Origin: Octopus bimaculoides
Taxonomy: Eukaryota
Length of the DNA: 62,998 bases
NCBI RefSeq assembly: GCF_001194135.2
Contig: NC_068995.1
Location: 38,390,690 to 38,453,687 of the forward strand
Reading direction: 5' to 3'
The translations under genes and the position numbers were made by a program. The notes under the pieces are model-generated. The model was not told the DNA's origin and made no database searches. It saw only the letters and a program-made list of their open reading frames with translations. Shown here piece by piece: positions 47,706 through 60,372 of the stretch. Numbering within the stretch: position 1 is the first letter of the stretch; every line of letters starts with the position of its first letter.

Positions 47706-49530
47706 ATGTCGAAAAAGAGGAGGTGGTACAACCAGAATTTCAAGAAGACGTGGTTGGAGGATGCTTAGATTGAAGATTGGTTACGGCATGTTGATAACAT
47801 TCCCGACACCTGCAAATGTATTTGTTGCAACGATGTGTTGTAAAATGCTAACAAATCAATGTTGTTAGCTCCTAAAAACACCACCAGATACAAGAAAGCT
47901 TTTGATTGTGCGACATCTGCTATTAAATTACATTCAATTATCGTTAAAAAACGAATGATACATTAAATGAAAAAGTAGCTAAGGTAAACTTGCTACTAAG
48001 AGGTTATGTTGCTGAACATAACGTACTTTTCCTTCATCTAAATCAGCTGAAATTTATAAAAAGGCCTTTCCCGATAGTGAAATAGCTCAAAGGCTAAATA
48101 TGAAAAAACAAATGTAACTTACAAATTTAACATAATGTGCAAGACAGAATTACACATTATGAACAAAATGAAATCTTAAGAATTCTCAACAAACAAAATG
48201 TTTTATTACTGATAGATGAGAGTACGGACATCTCAGTGTCACAGCTCTTAACATTAGTTGTTTGCAACATTGATTAACAATAGCTTAATGTCAAGGACGC
48301 TCTTCTGGATGCAATTATAGTATACAATGGTTCGTCTCAGGGTTTTTACGATGCTATCAACTCTACGCGTACAAAGGAAGGAGGATTTATCTATGAGCAA
48401 CTAGGATTTGCCAGCGATAACTTGGATTTGCCAGCGATAATTGCTCAACAATGATAGCTAACAAGAACAGGTTTGAAACGTTATTGAGAAACAATATTCC
48501 GACTGTATTTACAATAGGCTCTGTTTACCATTCGTTTGCACTTTGTTCAAGTCATGCAATGAAGGTGTTACCTTCGTATTTTGAGTCCTTATTGAAGGAC
48601 TTAACATTTTACTTTTCTCGAAGCAGCAAATGTCAAAATGACTTCAATATGATACAAATTGCGGTTAGCCCCAAAGAAATCAAGATCCCAAAACTTTTGC
48701 AAACTAGATGATTGTGTGAAAATGTAATTGAAATTATAATAGAACAGTGGGATGCCCTTGTACTGTATTATCGGTCAGCGGCTAAATTAGAAAAAGTGGA
48801 CGGAGCAAAAAGGATCTTTGAAACAATGATTAACAAAGGACGAAGCACATGCTGCTCTTCTTAGATTATATATTAAAAATAGTAAATGCTCTTGATGTCG
48901 AGTTTCAATCGGAAGACATTTTTGCATCTGTTGTATTTACTTGTATCCAGTGGACGCACACTGAGATATCTACAACAAAACCCCTTCGTTGATGACTCAG
49001 CTTGATTCTAAACTGATTGCAATAATTTTTTAATAGAATTATGTTCTCAAATAAAAATGCGCTTTCCTCTCGATGAAGCTGGAGTGTTTGACCTCTTAGA
49101 AATACTTGATCCAAAAGTAGCGCATGATCTCAATAACACTCCCCAGTCGATGATTCCCTTGGCATCAAACTTTCCAGAAATTGCACCAGAAAGTCTTAAA
49201 GACGAGTTTGATCACACTAAATTTGTGAGACTGCCACAATTCATGACTAATTTGACGGTGTTACTTCATTCATCACCGTGTGTGGAGCGCATATTTTCCC
49301 AAATAAATTGCATAAAGACAAAGTTCACTAATAGTTTGAAGGCCGAAACGATCGCCGATCATCTGCTCGCTAAACAAGCAATTACAAGAAAGGCAGCGTC
49401 ATGCATTTCTTGGGAGCCAAACGCTAAACTTATTAAATATGTAGTGAAGGGGTCTTTTCATCGTAGATATACGAGTAGATTGCGTTTCAAAAAGGACGAA
49501 AATGAATCTATCACCATTCCAGGGGAGTGA
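47706..49530 (+). pseudogene. hAT transposase pseudogene
   Basis: N-terminal Cys-rich CKCICC, LIDESTDISV, GFASDNCSTM, YHSFALC, LLQTR*L, dimerisation-domain HSSPCVERIFSQINCIKTK; many stops and frameshifts. Confidence 0.92.
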
Positions 49531-49607
49531 ATGGAGATGATGTGGATATGTACGAAATTGAAAATTAGCTGCCATATAATATAAAGTAAATATTAAATTC
49601 TGTTTTC

Positions 49608-49724
49608 ATGCGCTTTCCTCTCCAGGAAGCTGGAGTCTTTGCTCTCCTAGAAATACTTGATCCAAAAGTTGCACATGGTCTCACTAACTCTCCTCAGTCA
49701 TTAATTCCCATGACATCAAACTTT
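49608..49724 (+). repeat. Diverged second copy of transposase segment 49057-49172
   Basis: MRFPLQEAGVFALLEILDPKVAHGLTNSPQSLIPMTSNF versus MRFPLDEAGVFDLLEILDPKVAHDLNNTPQSMIPLASNF. Confidence 0.9.
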
Positions 49725-49727
49725 AAT

Positions 49728-49953
49728 TTACTCTTTTACTCTTTTACTCTTTTATTTGTTTCAGTCATTTGACTGCGGCCATGCGGGAGCACCGCCTTTA
49801 GTCGAGCAAATCGACCCCAGGACTTATTCTTTGTAAGTCTAGTACTTATTCTACCGGTCTCTTTTGCTGAACCGCTAGGTTACGGGGACGTAAACACACC
49901 AGCATCGGTTGTCAAGCGATGTTGGGGGGACAAACACAGACACACAAACATAT

Positions 49954-50026
<73 letters not shown>

Positions 50027-50188
50027 CGACGGGATTCTTTCAGTTTCCGTCTACCAAATCCACTCACAAGGCTTTGGTCGGCCCGAGGCTATAGTAGAAG
50101 ACACTTGCCCAAGGTGCCACGCAGTGGAACTGAACCCATGACCATGTGGTTAGTAAGAAAATTACTTACCACACAGCCACTCCTGCGC
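49728..50188 (-). mobile_element. Full-length tRNA-headed CORE-like SINE with an internal (TA)n tract and an (AAAGAGT)n tail
   Basis: Minus strand GCGCAGGAGTGGCTGTGTGGTAAG...GGTTCAGTTCCACTGCGTGGCACCTTGGGCAAGTGTCTTCTACTATAGCC...GCATGGCCGCAGTCAAATGACTGAAAC. Confidence 0.9.
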
Positions 50189-51743
50189 TTTTAACATATT
50201 TTATCATTAAATTACCAAGTATATACCTATTTTCTAACATCTAGGTTTATAAAAAAGGATCTGGGTTTCTTCCACATATTTCATGAGTGGCAACCGTAAT
50301 TCTAACTAGAGTATTTATGTCATCTTCATACCTACATAAAGCAAAACAGTAGTGGATTGTTCAGCTAAAGGTTGTTTAAGTTTTCTGTCCCACCAGGTCA
50401 TAAACAGACCAGCCACATCCCCAGCCACAACGACTCCAATGGCTGCACCTTGAATTGCTAAACTTTACTATGCGATTCCTCAAGGTTCTTATGCTAGCTC
50501 CTATTGCAAGTACAATCATTCTTTCCACCTGATTGTTGTTCTCGGGATACTGCATAGGTAAGGTCCAGCCACTCCAGTACTCTGAGATGCTTTTCTTCAC
50601 TGCCGTTGTGATAGTGAGTGGTGTTTCCCTCTGTGGGGCAGAATCAGCTAAGGTCATGACTGTCTATAGAGATAGATAGATAGATAGATACATACATGCA
50701 TGTACATATACACGCACACACATGCATACAGACATACATATACGCACACATACGTCCGTAAACAAATGTACTCCGACAAACAATCACACATACAACAGAG
50801 ATAGGGGTATTTAAATTTGCATATGTATCATATGTATATGCGGCTTAAGTATGTTTATGTCACTCAACACAGTTGTGCGTGTACACAGCTATATTCCTGT
50901 ATATATGTAAATGAACAAGTCTATATGTCTATCTATCTCTATCTATCTCTCTCTCCCCCCCTCTCTCTCTCTCTCTATCTCTATCTATATTTATACTATA
51001 TACTTGCCTGTATGGTCTGGCTAAGTCAAAATGTTTTTTTGTATTCATCCTTCCTACTTGGAGAGTTTAAAAGTACTTACAAATATATGTCCTTTTGTTG
51101 AAATGAAATTTCAGTAAATTTCTATATCTTTGTACAGCTGAGGATTGCTCTGCATTTTACGTTTGATGCAATGTTCACAATGCTTAAATGAATGGAGCCG
51201 CATGAAACGATTTTACAGCATTAACTTTGGATATCCTTGTNNNNNNNNNNNNNNNNNNNNNNNNNNNNNNNNNNNNNNNNNNNNNNNNNNNNNNNNNNNN
51301 NNNNNNNNNNNNNNNNNNNNNNNNNNNNNNNNNNNNNNNNNNNNNNNNNNNNNNNNNNNNNNNNNNNNNNNNNNNNNNNNNNNNNNNNNNNNNNNNNNNN
51401 NNNNNNNNNNNNNNNNNNNNNNNNNNNNNNNNNNNNNNNNNNNNNNNNNNNNNNNNNNNNNNNNNNNNNNNNNNNNNNNNNNNNNNNNNNNNNNNNNNNN
51501 NNNNNNNNNNNNNNNNNNNNNNNNNNNNNNNNNNNNNNNNNNNNNNNNNNNNNNNNNNNNNNNNNNNNNNNNNNNNNNNNNNNNNNNNNNNNNNNNNNNN
51601 NNNNNNNNNNNNNNNNNNNNNNNNNNNNNNNNNNNNNNNNNNNNNNNNNNNNNNNNNNNNNNNNNNNNNNNNNNNNNNNNNNNNNNNNNNNNNNNNNNNN
51701 NNNNNNNNNNNNNNNNNNNNNNNNNNNNNNNNNNNNNNNNNNN

Positions 51744-52250
51744 GGACTAAAAAAAAAAAACAACCAGGAACAAGAAAAAAATTTTCTCCGAAACTTTCCT
51801 AACAATCTTCCACCAGGGTTCCGAAACCGCAACTCCAAATCACCATACAAACATCCACTGCTGACGTCACCCACCTCCAGTCCAATGAAATTGTAAAAAA
51901 AAAAAAACACTAGTTGCTGACGTCACCAAACTAAAGACCATTCAAAACCGAATTTCAGTGGATACAACAAAATGACCCTTTAAGAGAACCAACCCACCGG
52001 AACGACTTATGACCGAATCCACAAGGAATACAACCAAGCAGAACGACAAGCCTGCGCACGGGAAAAAGACGTCACCACAATCTTAACGTATCAAAAATTC
52101 AGACCCGCTCGCGGAAAAAAAGTTATAAATTCATCTGATCCCAAAAGATACCACTACAAGCGAAAGCGTCTATTAGAAGGGAATCAGAATAACTGTAAAT
52201 CAAATTCCCATTCTTTTACTATTTTCATTTCACACTTGTGTTTTTAGTAT
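51744..52250 (+). other. Unclassified A/C-rich element with a degenerate reading frame and TGACGTCA motifs
   Basis: GCTGACGTCACC occurs twice (~51860, ~51916); ATG-less open frame 51984-52247 (TTYDRIHKEYNQAERQACAREKDV...). Confidence 0.35.
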
Positions 52251-52659
52251 GACTTGTCGACCACAACTAAAGTTAATGAACTTTGTACATTCAAACGAAT
52301 TGATGTACAGTTTTAATTTTATTGACTGCTATGAACATTCAAACTTACACATTCTGTTTTGAACATGTTAATTTATCAACATTGAAACATTTTACTTTGT
52401 CAATATTGAAACATTTTAATTTGGCAACATTGGAACGTTTAAAGATTTTTCTTTTTTTGTAATTCTAAACTTTTATCATTGATAAACAAAAACTATTGTT
52501 GAAACTAGTTTGGTATATATGTAAAAAAATGTATTTTAAATATTTACGAGCTTTTGATATTTAGGTGCATTTTCAACAGCACATTTTCCTACATTTTTTT
52601 CCTGCGTAGAAACACTTCCCCCTGTTTTATATATATATATATATATATTTTTTTTTTCA

Positions 52660-52885
52660 GATGAATATGGTACTTAAGTTGAGACGCCAGAATTTAGTAC
52701 AGTATTATCCATACAATTTCAGAGTAAGGTCATTAAAATCCAAATAAGCAACAAGGATATCCAGAGGTAATACAGTACGATCGCTTCATGCAACTCCATT
52801 AAATTGAACAATGCAATCATTACGTCAATTTAAAATGCAGAGCAATCCTCAGTTACACAAATACATAGAATTTTTATTAAATTAG
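52660..52885 (+). repeat. Dispersed repeat; inverted copy at 51100-51240
   Basis: ACAAGGATATCCA...TAAAATGCAGAGCAATCCTCAG matches the reverse complement of 51100-51240. Confidence 0.8.
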
Positions 52886-53175
52886 AACAGAGGGATATAT
52901 CAGTATAAATATACATAACATCTCCAAGAAGTTAAGGAGATATACAAAGAACATGTTGTCATCACTGCAACAAAGAAATTACTAAATTATCAAGAAGACT
53001 CTGCCTGTCACTGATTTTATTTGTTTTTATGGGGTCAGTTTTAATTTATAGACTAGTTTATCAAATCCTTGTATATCTAAGCCTTGGAGAGTAAAAGGCA
53101 GTAACTGTTAGGAGTAAGGCTGAAGGAGCAGACAGAAATCATAGTTGGTATCGTCATAAAAATCAAAATTTCTTT

Positions 53176-54717
53176 GAAGCAATATCATGAGGTTTGTAAA
53201 AGGAAAACTTGAAGCAAGATGTTAGCTGACAACTAAGAGGGTCGCCCTCTAGCAGACCATTGATAATGAAACAGGGGAGGTCTTATCATGTAGCATTATA
53301 GTTAAATGTTTTTAAAAAAATGTTGCTATATTGTATACAGTTAAATGTCAGGGTTATTCAGAGGGTTATTAAGAAGACTATTTATGAATACTTTTGAGTA
53401 TATACCAAACTTTTACTCAATAGAGGGAGGAAGAGAAATTATCCAGAAAGAAATAGCTGAATATTTATACGTATTGTACACATAAACACTAACTCATCAG
53501 ATGATATCTGTGAATATTGAATAATTGGCATACACTGGTATTAATAAGGAAGTATAAAATAATATTGTAAATATATATTAATAAAATTATAATTTAAGCA
53601 GTTTTTTTATAAGAAGTGAATATACTAGTATAGTTTTATATAAGCTAAGTATGAATTTATAGAGATATGAATAAATAAAGGCTAATTATAAAATAATTTA
53701 TAGAGATATGAATAAATAAAGGCTAATTATAAAATAATAAAGAAATGAAAGAAAATAATCAAGTAGGGCAGAACACCATAGAAAACGAATAAAATAGCTC
53801 AATTACTAATACTATGGTAAAGTATATGTAGCTTATTAACACGAATAGAGAAGATTTATAGAAAAAGTATAATAATTCAAAATATATTATACTAAAAATT
53901 ACATATTTACTTACTTAACTAATATCAATATAAGATTGATGTCTGGTATCATCTAAAGGAATATTTAATTTATAGAACATTCATATCTTACACTAATATT
54001 TCTTTATATAAACTAAGGGTTTTAAAATTATATATTTACAATAAAAGACTGATGTTTGGTATCAGTTAAAGGAATATTTAAGTTATGAAACATTCCTATG
54101 TTACGCTAGTCTTTCTTTATATAATCTAAGGGTTATATTATATGTTTAAGAAGTTATTATTGTTACTCCCTACATGATGTTTATAGTTTCTTAGTGGTAC
54201 TTATTTAGAAGGGTTATTTATACAAAGGCCCTTATAAAATACTAAGATCAGGAGGGTAGAGCCATTTAAGAAAGAGATAAATGAAGTAATTTCTAAAGAT
54301 CATTTCAAACAATATTGCCTTATTTTATAAAGTTAAAATCCAGGGCAATCAAGAAGATTACTAAGAATGGAATTTTAACAAAAAAGGATAAAATTTCTTT
54401 GAATATTTTGAGTATATCCCAAATTGTTACCACAATAGAGGGAGGGAAAAAAATTGCAAAGAAAATAGTTTAGTATTTATTTACTTATTACTTATCTAAA
54501 AATTAACTTATTATATGGTTTCTATAGAGATTGTTCAATTGAATTTACCTGGTATTTAATAATGAACCAGCTGATGTTAAAGAACATGTTAATTATATAC
54601 TGATTTAATTAAATTAAACTATTTTAAGTTGTCGAGTTACCGGTATTAACTTATATAAGCGGAGCATGAAATAATTGGGGTACAAGAATTAGATTTATAT
54701 AAGGCTACTATAAAATA

Positions 54718-54782
<65 letters not shown>

Positions 54783-55543
54783 AATAATAATAATAATAAT
54801 AAAATGATCAGTTAGGGTAGAGTATGATAGAAAAGGAATAAAGACAGCTTAATCACTAAAACCATAATAAAATATCCATACCTTATTAACTTCAATAGCA
54901 AATATTTATAGAAAGTGTATATTTTAAGTAAAACAATATGTCATTATTGTATAAAGTTAAAATTTGGGGTTATCAGGAAGATTTATCATTTAGGAGAGAG
55001 ACAAACTTTACTACAAATTAGTTTAATTAATCTAAGTAGTTTAATTTTAAGTTATGAAGATAGTCATATTGTTTTTTATAAGCTAAGTATACATTTATTG
55101 AGGTACAAAAATTTAGGTTTGTCTAAAGGCAATACTCCTTTATTAATACTCCTTTATTAATACCAGGATATACCAATTAATCAACATTCACAGATACCAT
55201 CTGATGGGTTAGTATTTAAGTGTACAGTACGTATAAATATTCAACTATTTCTTTCTGGATAATTTCTCTTCCTCCCTTTATTGTGCAAATGTTTGGTATA
55301 TACTCAAAAGTATTCATAAATGTCTATCCTTTTGTTAAAATATTCTTCTTAATAATCCTCTGAATAGCCCTAAACTTTAACTGTATACAATATAGTATCA
55401 TTGTTTAAAACATTTAACTATAATACTACATGATAAGACCTCCCCTGTTTCATTATCAATGGTCTGCTAGTGGGCGACCCCCTTAGTTGTCAGCTAACAT
55501 CTTATTTGACGTTTTCCCTTAACAAACATCATGATATTGTTTC
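53176..55543. repeat. Unclassified complex repeat: ~1-kb degenerate tandem units plus a ~380-bp inverted copy
   Basis: Inverted arms 53176-53554 / 55147-55543; direct diverged copy 54300-54560; internal tandem duplications of 42 bp (53657-53740) and ~115 bp (53930-54135). Confidence 0.85.
54718..54801. repeat. (ATG)n(ATA)n microsatellite
   Basis: Seen directly. Confidence 0.95.
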
Positions 55544-55619
55544 GACCTCGGTGGAATTTGAACTCTGACGGTAGCGACGGGTGAAATACCGCTAAGCATA
55601 GCGTCTCTTAGTTCGGATA

Positions 55620-56420
55620 ATGCGAACCCAATGAAACAAGGAGACACATACAGAACTTCCTGCACAGAATGATATTCCCTGGATACGACGAGAAATGTAG
55701 GATTCGAGTATATAGAAGAACCGAAAATAAATTAGGTAATATCATATGTAATGATGTCAGTGGTACCCGTCTTAGATACCGAAATAAAGACTAGAATAGT
55801 ATACAGAGGATTTGTGATAATGCAAACAAAGTAAACACATGGTAGAGAGCTGATAAATATAAAGGAGAGAGGTTTGTAGAGTCTACACCTCATAGGAAAT
55901 TAGACTGTAGATTTAGGAAGTCTCTGAAGGACAGGAAACTCAACATTAAGGTCGTTGAGAAGCAAGGAAGCTCCATCACATCACAATTATATAAGACGCA
56001 CCACTTCAACAATACCACATACAGTAATTAGAAATGTGTAGTATGTAAGTTTAACTCTGGTATTAACTTTAAAACCAGGAACGTGAGCTACAGCATTAGG
56101 TGCATAGAAGGTGTTTTTAATGACTGAAACAAAGAATATATTGCAGAGACCTCTAGGAGTATAAAGGAAATGTTAAACAACATCTGGAGAGTGTATAATG
56201 ACAAGAATCAGTCGTTCATACTCTATGAACATGCCTCAGAGCAACATAGCAGCACACTGTGTCTAACTGACATCCGAATTTTGTCCAAACACAGAAAGGA
56301 CCCATCACTTGAAAAATACAAGACAACGTCCTCGTGAATGAAAGATTACCGTACCAAATAGGAAATACAAGTTGAAAGGAGAGATACCACAATGCCACAG
56401 ATACCACATAAAGAGTATAC
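55620..56420 (+). mobile_element. Penelope-like element, RT-end plus GIY-YIG endonuclease remnant
   Basis: FVESTPHRKL...KVVEKQGSSITSQL...KCVVCK...KTRNVSYSIRC...EYIAETSRSIKE, followed by YEHASEQH. Confidence 0.85.
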
Positions 56421-56594
56421 ATACAGACAGAGGTACATTCGTAAGTAGGCCGTCAAATCGGTGAATATGTAGGTGGATAAATAGATAAGTAGATGGGTTT
56501 TAGGTGGTTTGGTCTGTTATATAGATTGTTAGTTACTTAGTAAATTATGTAAGTAGGGAAATAGGTGAGAAGATAGGCAAGCTCATAGGTAAAG

Positions 56595-56611
56595 GAGTAG
56601 GTACGTAGGTT

Positions 56612-56685
<74 letters not shown>

Positions 56686-56690
56686 TAGAT

Positions 56691-56737
<47 letters not shown>

Positions 56738-56760
56738 TAGATAGATAGATTGATTGATTG
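56595..56760. repeat. Compound (AGAC)/(AGAT)/(AT)/(AG)/(GATT) microsatellite
   Basis: Seen directly. Confidence 0.95.
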
Positions 56761-56761
56761 C

Positions 56762-57160
56762 TGATTGTACCATCATAGAGGTCAGCTGCTCTGCAGACAT
56801 AAATATATCTTTGAAAGTCAAAGAAAAGAGGATATCTATGGACAACTGCTTCGAAAACTGCAGCTTCTCAATTTAGTCTATGGATTCATATTTGTACCAA
56901 TAATAATTGGAGCCCTAGGTTTTATTAGTAAACGCTTAAATGAGAATCTGGATAAATTGGGATTTTCAGATAGAGAAATCGACCTGCTAATTCGTACATT
57001 ACAAGTGCAATCTGTGAGTAGAACAGTAAATATATGTAAGACTTTTCTCAAGTTCCAAAGGTGAATTTGTCTGTGTTGCCTAAATTCCAAAGATGAAGCC
57101 TTGTATTTTTGTTGGAAACCGGCCCTCTCCTCAAAGGAAGATTTATAATAATTAAACAAA
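56762..57160 (+). mobile_element. R4-clade LINE 3' end, family B (same family as 11700-12060)
   Basis: CTIIEVSCSADINISLKVKEK...DIYGQLLRKLQ...FVPIIIGALG...VNICKTFLKF*; the 3' UTR matches 11950-12060. Confidence 0.9.
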
Positions 57161-57594
57161 ATAGTAGAAGTATACATACATACATACATACACAAAATGA
57201 TGCAAGACGGCAGAAGCTCATACATAGCTGAATATTTAAATGTTTGTATATTTATTTTCATAAATAAATATGTCTCATTGATTTCATCTTGTAGTAAAAT
57301 CGAAAGCATGACCGATTTATCAGGCATACGATATTTACGCAACTAATAGTCATTGTCATAATATTTATTATTCACATCATTTCATCTCTTGAGGAGGCGA
57401 GCCAGAGGAATCGTTGTCGAAAAATTGCCTTTCATCTTTTCTTACCTGAGTCACATTAATATCATCAGTAATTTTTATTTCGTTTGCAATAAAATTCAAA
57501 CATGAAAGTTACTTTTAACAGCATTTAAGCAAAATATTTGCACCGGCTATAAAAATTTTTTACCAATTTAATTTTTAATATTTCAGATTATATA

Positions 57595-57810
57595 AAGCGG
57601 AGAGCTGGCAAACTGGATAACGCGTAGGTATAGTGCTTAGCGGCATTTCTTCCGACATTAAGTTCTGAGTTCAAATACCGCCGGAGTCGACTTTAACTTT
57701 CATCCATTCGAGTGTCAATAAAATACGTACCGCATGAACACTGGTCAATATAATCAACTTACCCCTTCTCTGAAATAGTTGACCTCATACCAAAAGTTGA
57801 AACCTATATT
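57595..57810 (+). mobile_element. tRNA-type SINE, degenerate; further minus-strand fragments at 55544-55600 and 59345-59460
   Basis: AAAGCGGAGAGCTGGCA...GCTTAGCGGCATTTC...GTTCTGAGTTCAAATACCGCCGGAGTCGACTTT. Confidence 0.8.
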
Positions 57811-60336
57811 CGAAACTACATAACCTGTAGAAGAATATATTAAAACTTAATAACTACAAATCTTCGTTATTCTTCGACGGATTCTTTTAACTGGATACTT
57901 GAAAATGCGTTGGATTGGCAGAAACCGTTATAGTGTCGTCTTTGCATTTTTTCTTCTAGCGTTTTACTTTCTTCAAGCATTTTACAAGTCTCGGCGTGTT
58001 CAAATATGTTCGAATGTTCTCTTATCTTTGCAAACGTGCCGCCTCGTCTTATATACTCAAATTTGATTTGACATAAATATCTGATTTGTATAAAATGATG
58101 TTGCGTATATTCACGTATTGTGCCATATGATTACCTCTTAGACCGGTGCATGTGACATAAACGTTTAAATCTTTCTAAAAAGAGCTTATGTTCTATATTT
58201 CCAGTTATAATCGTGTTTGTTAGATCGTTGGTTTTAATCAGTAATATCATACAATATAGCTTCGAATTTGCTACAATCACCGAATTTTTTTTTTTAAACA
58301 GAAGATACTAATATAAAGCTGAACAATTCATGAGGGAACTTGACATTAACCCTTATAACTAGCAGTGATTTCTCTAATCACGTATTTATTCGTATATTTT
58401 CAAGTACACTGTGCGATGCTGGGGTATACAATTTTCAACGTATTTATAATTCAGCATTTCGAAGCCCTTCATTGGAATTCATGTTTCTGACAGCAGTGGT
58501 TCTGTTTCTCAACATCAACTGTTATATCCTTCCGAGGGGGTTCTGTATTTTAAATACGTGAAGGTCGTCTCGTTCTTTTGATTAAAGACAAGTAAAGTTA
58601 TTGGAAGATAATACGAACGATTTTCCTGTTCTGCGATTATTGAGAAAACGTACCGCCTGTGACATGCTTGACATGGTTGATGGAAATTCAAACAAAATTG
58701 CCTTACACTAAGGTCAGTTAGTCTCAGTGCGACGTAAATTCACAGAATGAATTCAGAATTTATGAAAAACATTAACGTAAACGGAAAACAGTATGAAATG
58801 AAAGATAGTTAGTTGAAGCAGACATGCAGGCTTATAGTTAATAGAGGGTATATTTTACGACGGTTTTTTTAAAAAAAGAAAGCAATAGCAACGACATAAA
58901 ATCAATGTAATTATTTCTATTATTGTTGATATATCGTCACAAAACTGTTAGCCATAGAGACATCTTGACAATTGGCCATAGTGGAGTAAAACATATTAAC
59001 TTAAACTAAGTATTGAACCATTGTATTGAACAGCCGTAGTTACAGAAATAGTTATAATCTTAGTATGAGTTTTATCTATGAATTCTATACATGCTTTTCA
59101 TAAAACTATCAACAACTAGCTATCAGCAGTGACTCTCCTAAATAGACCTATCGTTTGGAGGGCTGTCGCTTGTTTAAGACCGAATTAGCAAGTTCATCGG
59201 AAGTTGTCGGGTGCAATCGTCAACAACCGATGGTGGATAGACTTGAAAAGTGCTATTAGAGTAGAGGCGGTTGGGTTTAATAAATAAGTAAGAAGAATCT
59301 AGGACGGAAGAGGACCTAGTTAGGAAGCTATAAGAAGCGCTAAGAAATTATGAAACACAAAGTTGATCTCGGGGGAATTTGAACTCAGAACATAAATACA
59401 AAATGCTGCTAAGCATTTCGCTTGGTATGCTAAAGAGTCTCCTAACTCACTGCCTTTAAAAAAAACGTAGCTAGCAAGCCGTTACAGAACTTGTAAATAA
59501 TCCTTTCTACTATAGGCACTATCTATCACATATGTTTTATACTTTAAGTCTTTAACCCTTCGCCATATTTTCATCCTATTATATATTCTAGAGCTTCATG
59601 AATATATCCCTCTTTTTTGTTCCTCATCTAATTCCAGACATTAGCATAAAGGCAAATTTAATTTTATGTCCTAGACTATAAGTCCTACGCTGTAAATGAA
59701 ATTATTTTTTGAATGCCTTTGTTATAATTAAATATTATCTAAATCAAATTTTTGCAACATTTGTTGTTGTTATCCACCAAATTAAAGAAAATCATATATG
59801 CATACAAAGAACATATGAATATATGTTGTGTGTATAATTTAGACATACTCTTACCCATAAAATTGCACACACACACACTACCCAAAGAGAAGGCTTTTAA
59901 ATGTGAATATAGATTTCAACTGATATCAAAGCAACGTTCATGTACAGAATTCTCTACGCAGGAACGACAAGATTTTCGTTTTATCACCATATTCTATGAA
60001 AAAGGTAAAAAAAAAAAAAAAAACTATATTGTTTGTTAGATTGCTGAAATCAAATTTTCTTTAATATTAAATTATACCTGCATTTTATACATAAAACTTT
60101 TATTTCATTCACAGTTTTCAAGTTCACTTTCTTTTAATTTAATATTCACCGTATTACTTTTTCTAGTCATATGCTGCCAAATTTGTCTCCAGTCACAAGT
60201 TAAGACTAACGTTACAGTGAGTACTTCTTGTTACTCTTGTGTCGTTTAATTTATGCGTTTATCAGTACCTCTTTGTGCTTACCTCTGTGTGTGTGCGTGC
60301 GTGCGTGTGTGTGTGTGTGTTTATGTGTATGTGTGT

Positions 60337-60372
<36 letters not shown>

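Larger units (their letters stand above)
47541..50295 (+). mobile_element. Degenerate hAT DNA transposon
   Basis: Candidate TIR cores GGTGGCCACT (47541) and AGTGGCAACC (50286; reverse complement GGTTGCCACT) flank a transposase pseudogene; a SINE is nested inside. Confidence 0.6.

Noticed and set aside
49057-49530. 157-aa ORF as a domesticated ZBED-like gene
   Set aside because: The upstream transposase has many stops and frameshifts, and the segment has an internal deletion.
50376-50657. 93-aa minus-strand ORF with a faint resemblance to an RTE endonuclease N-terminus
   Set aside because: No diagnostic motif is intact.
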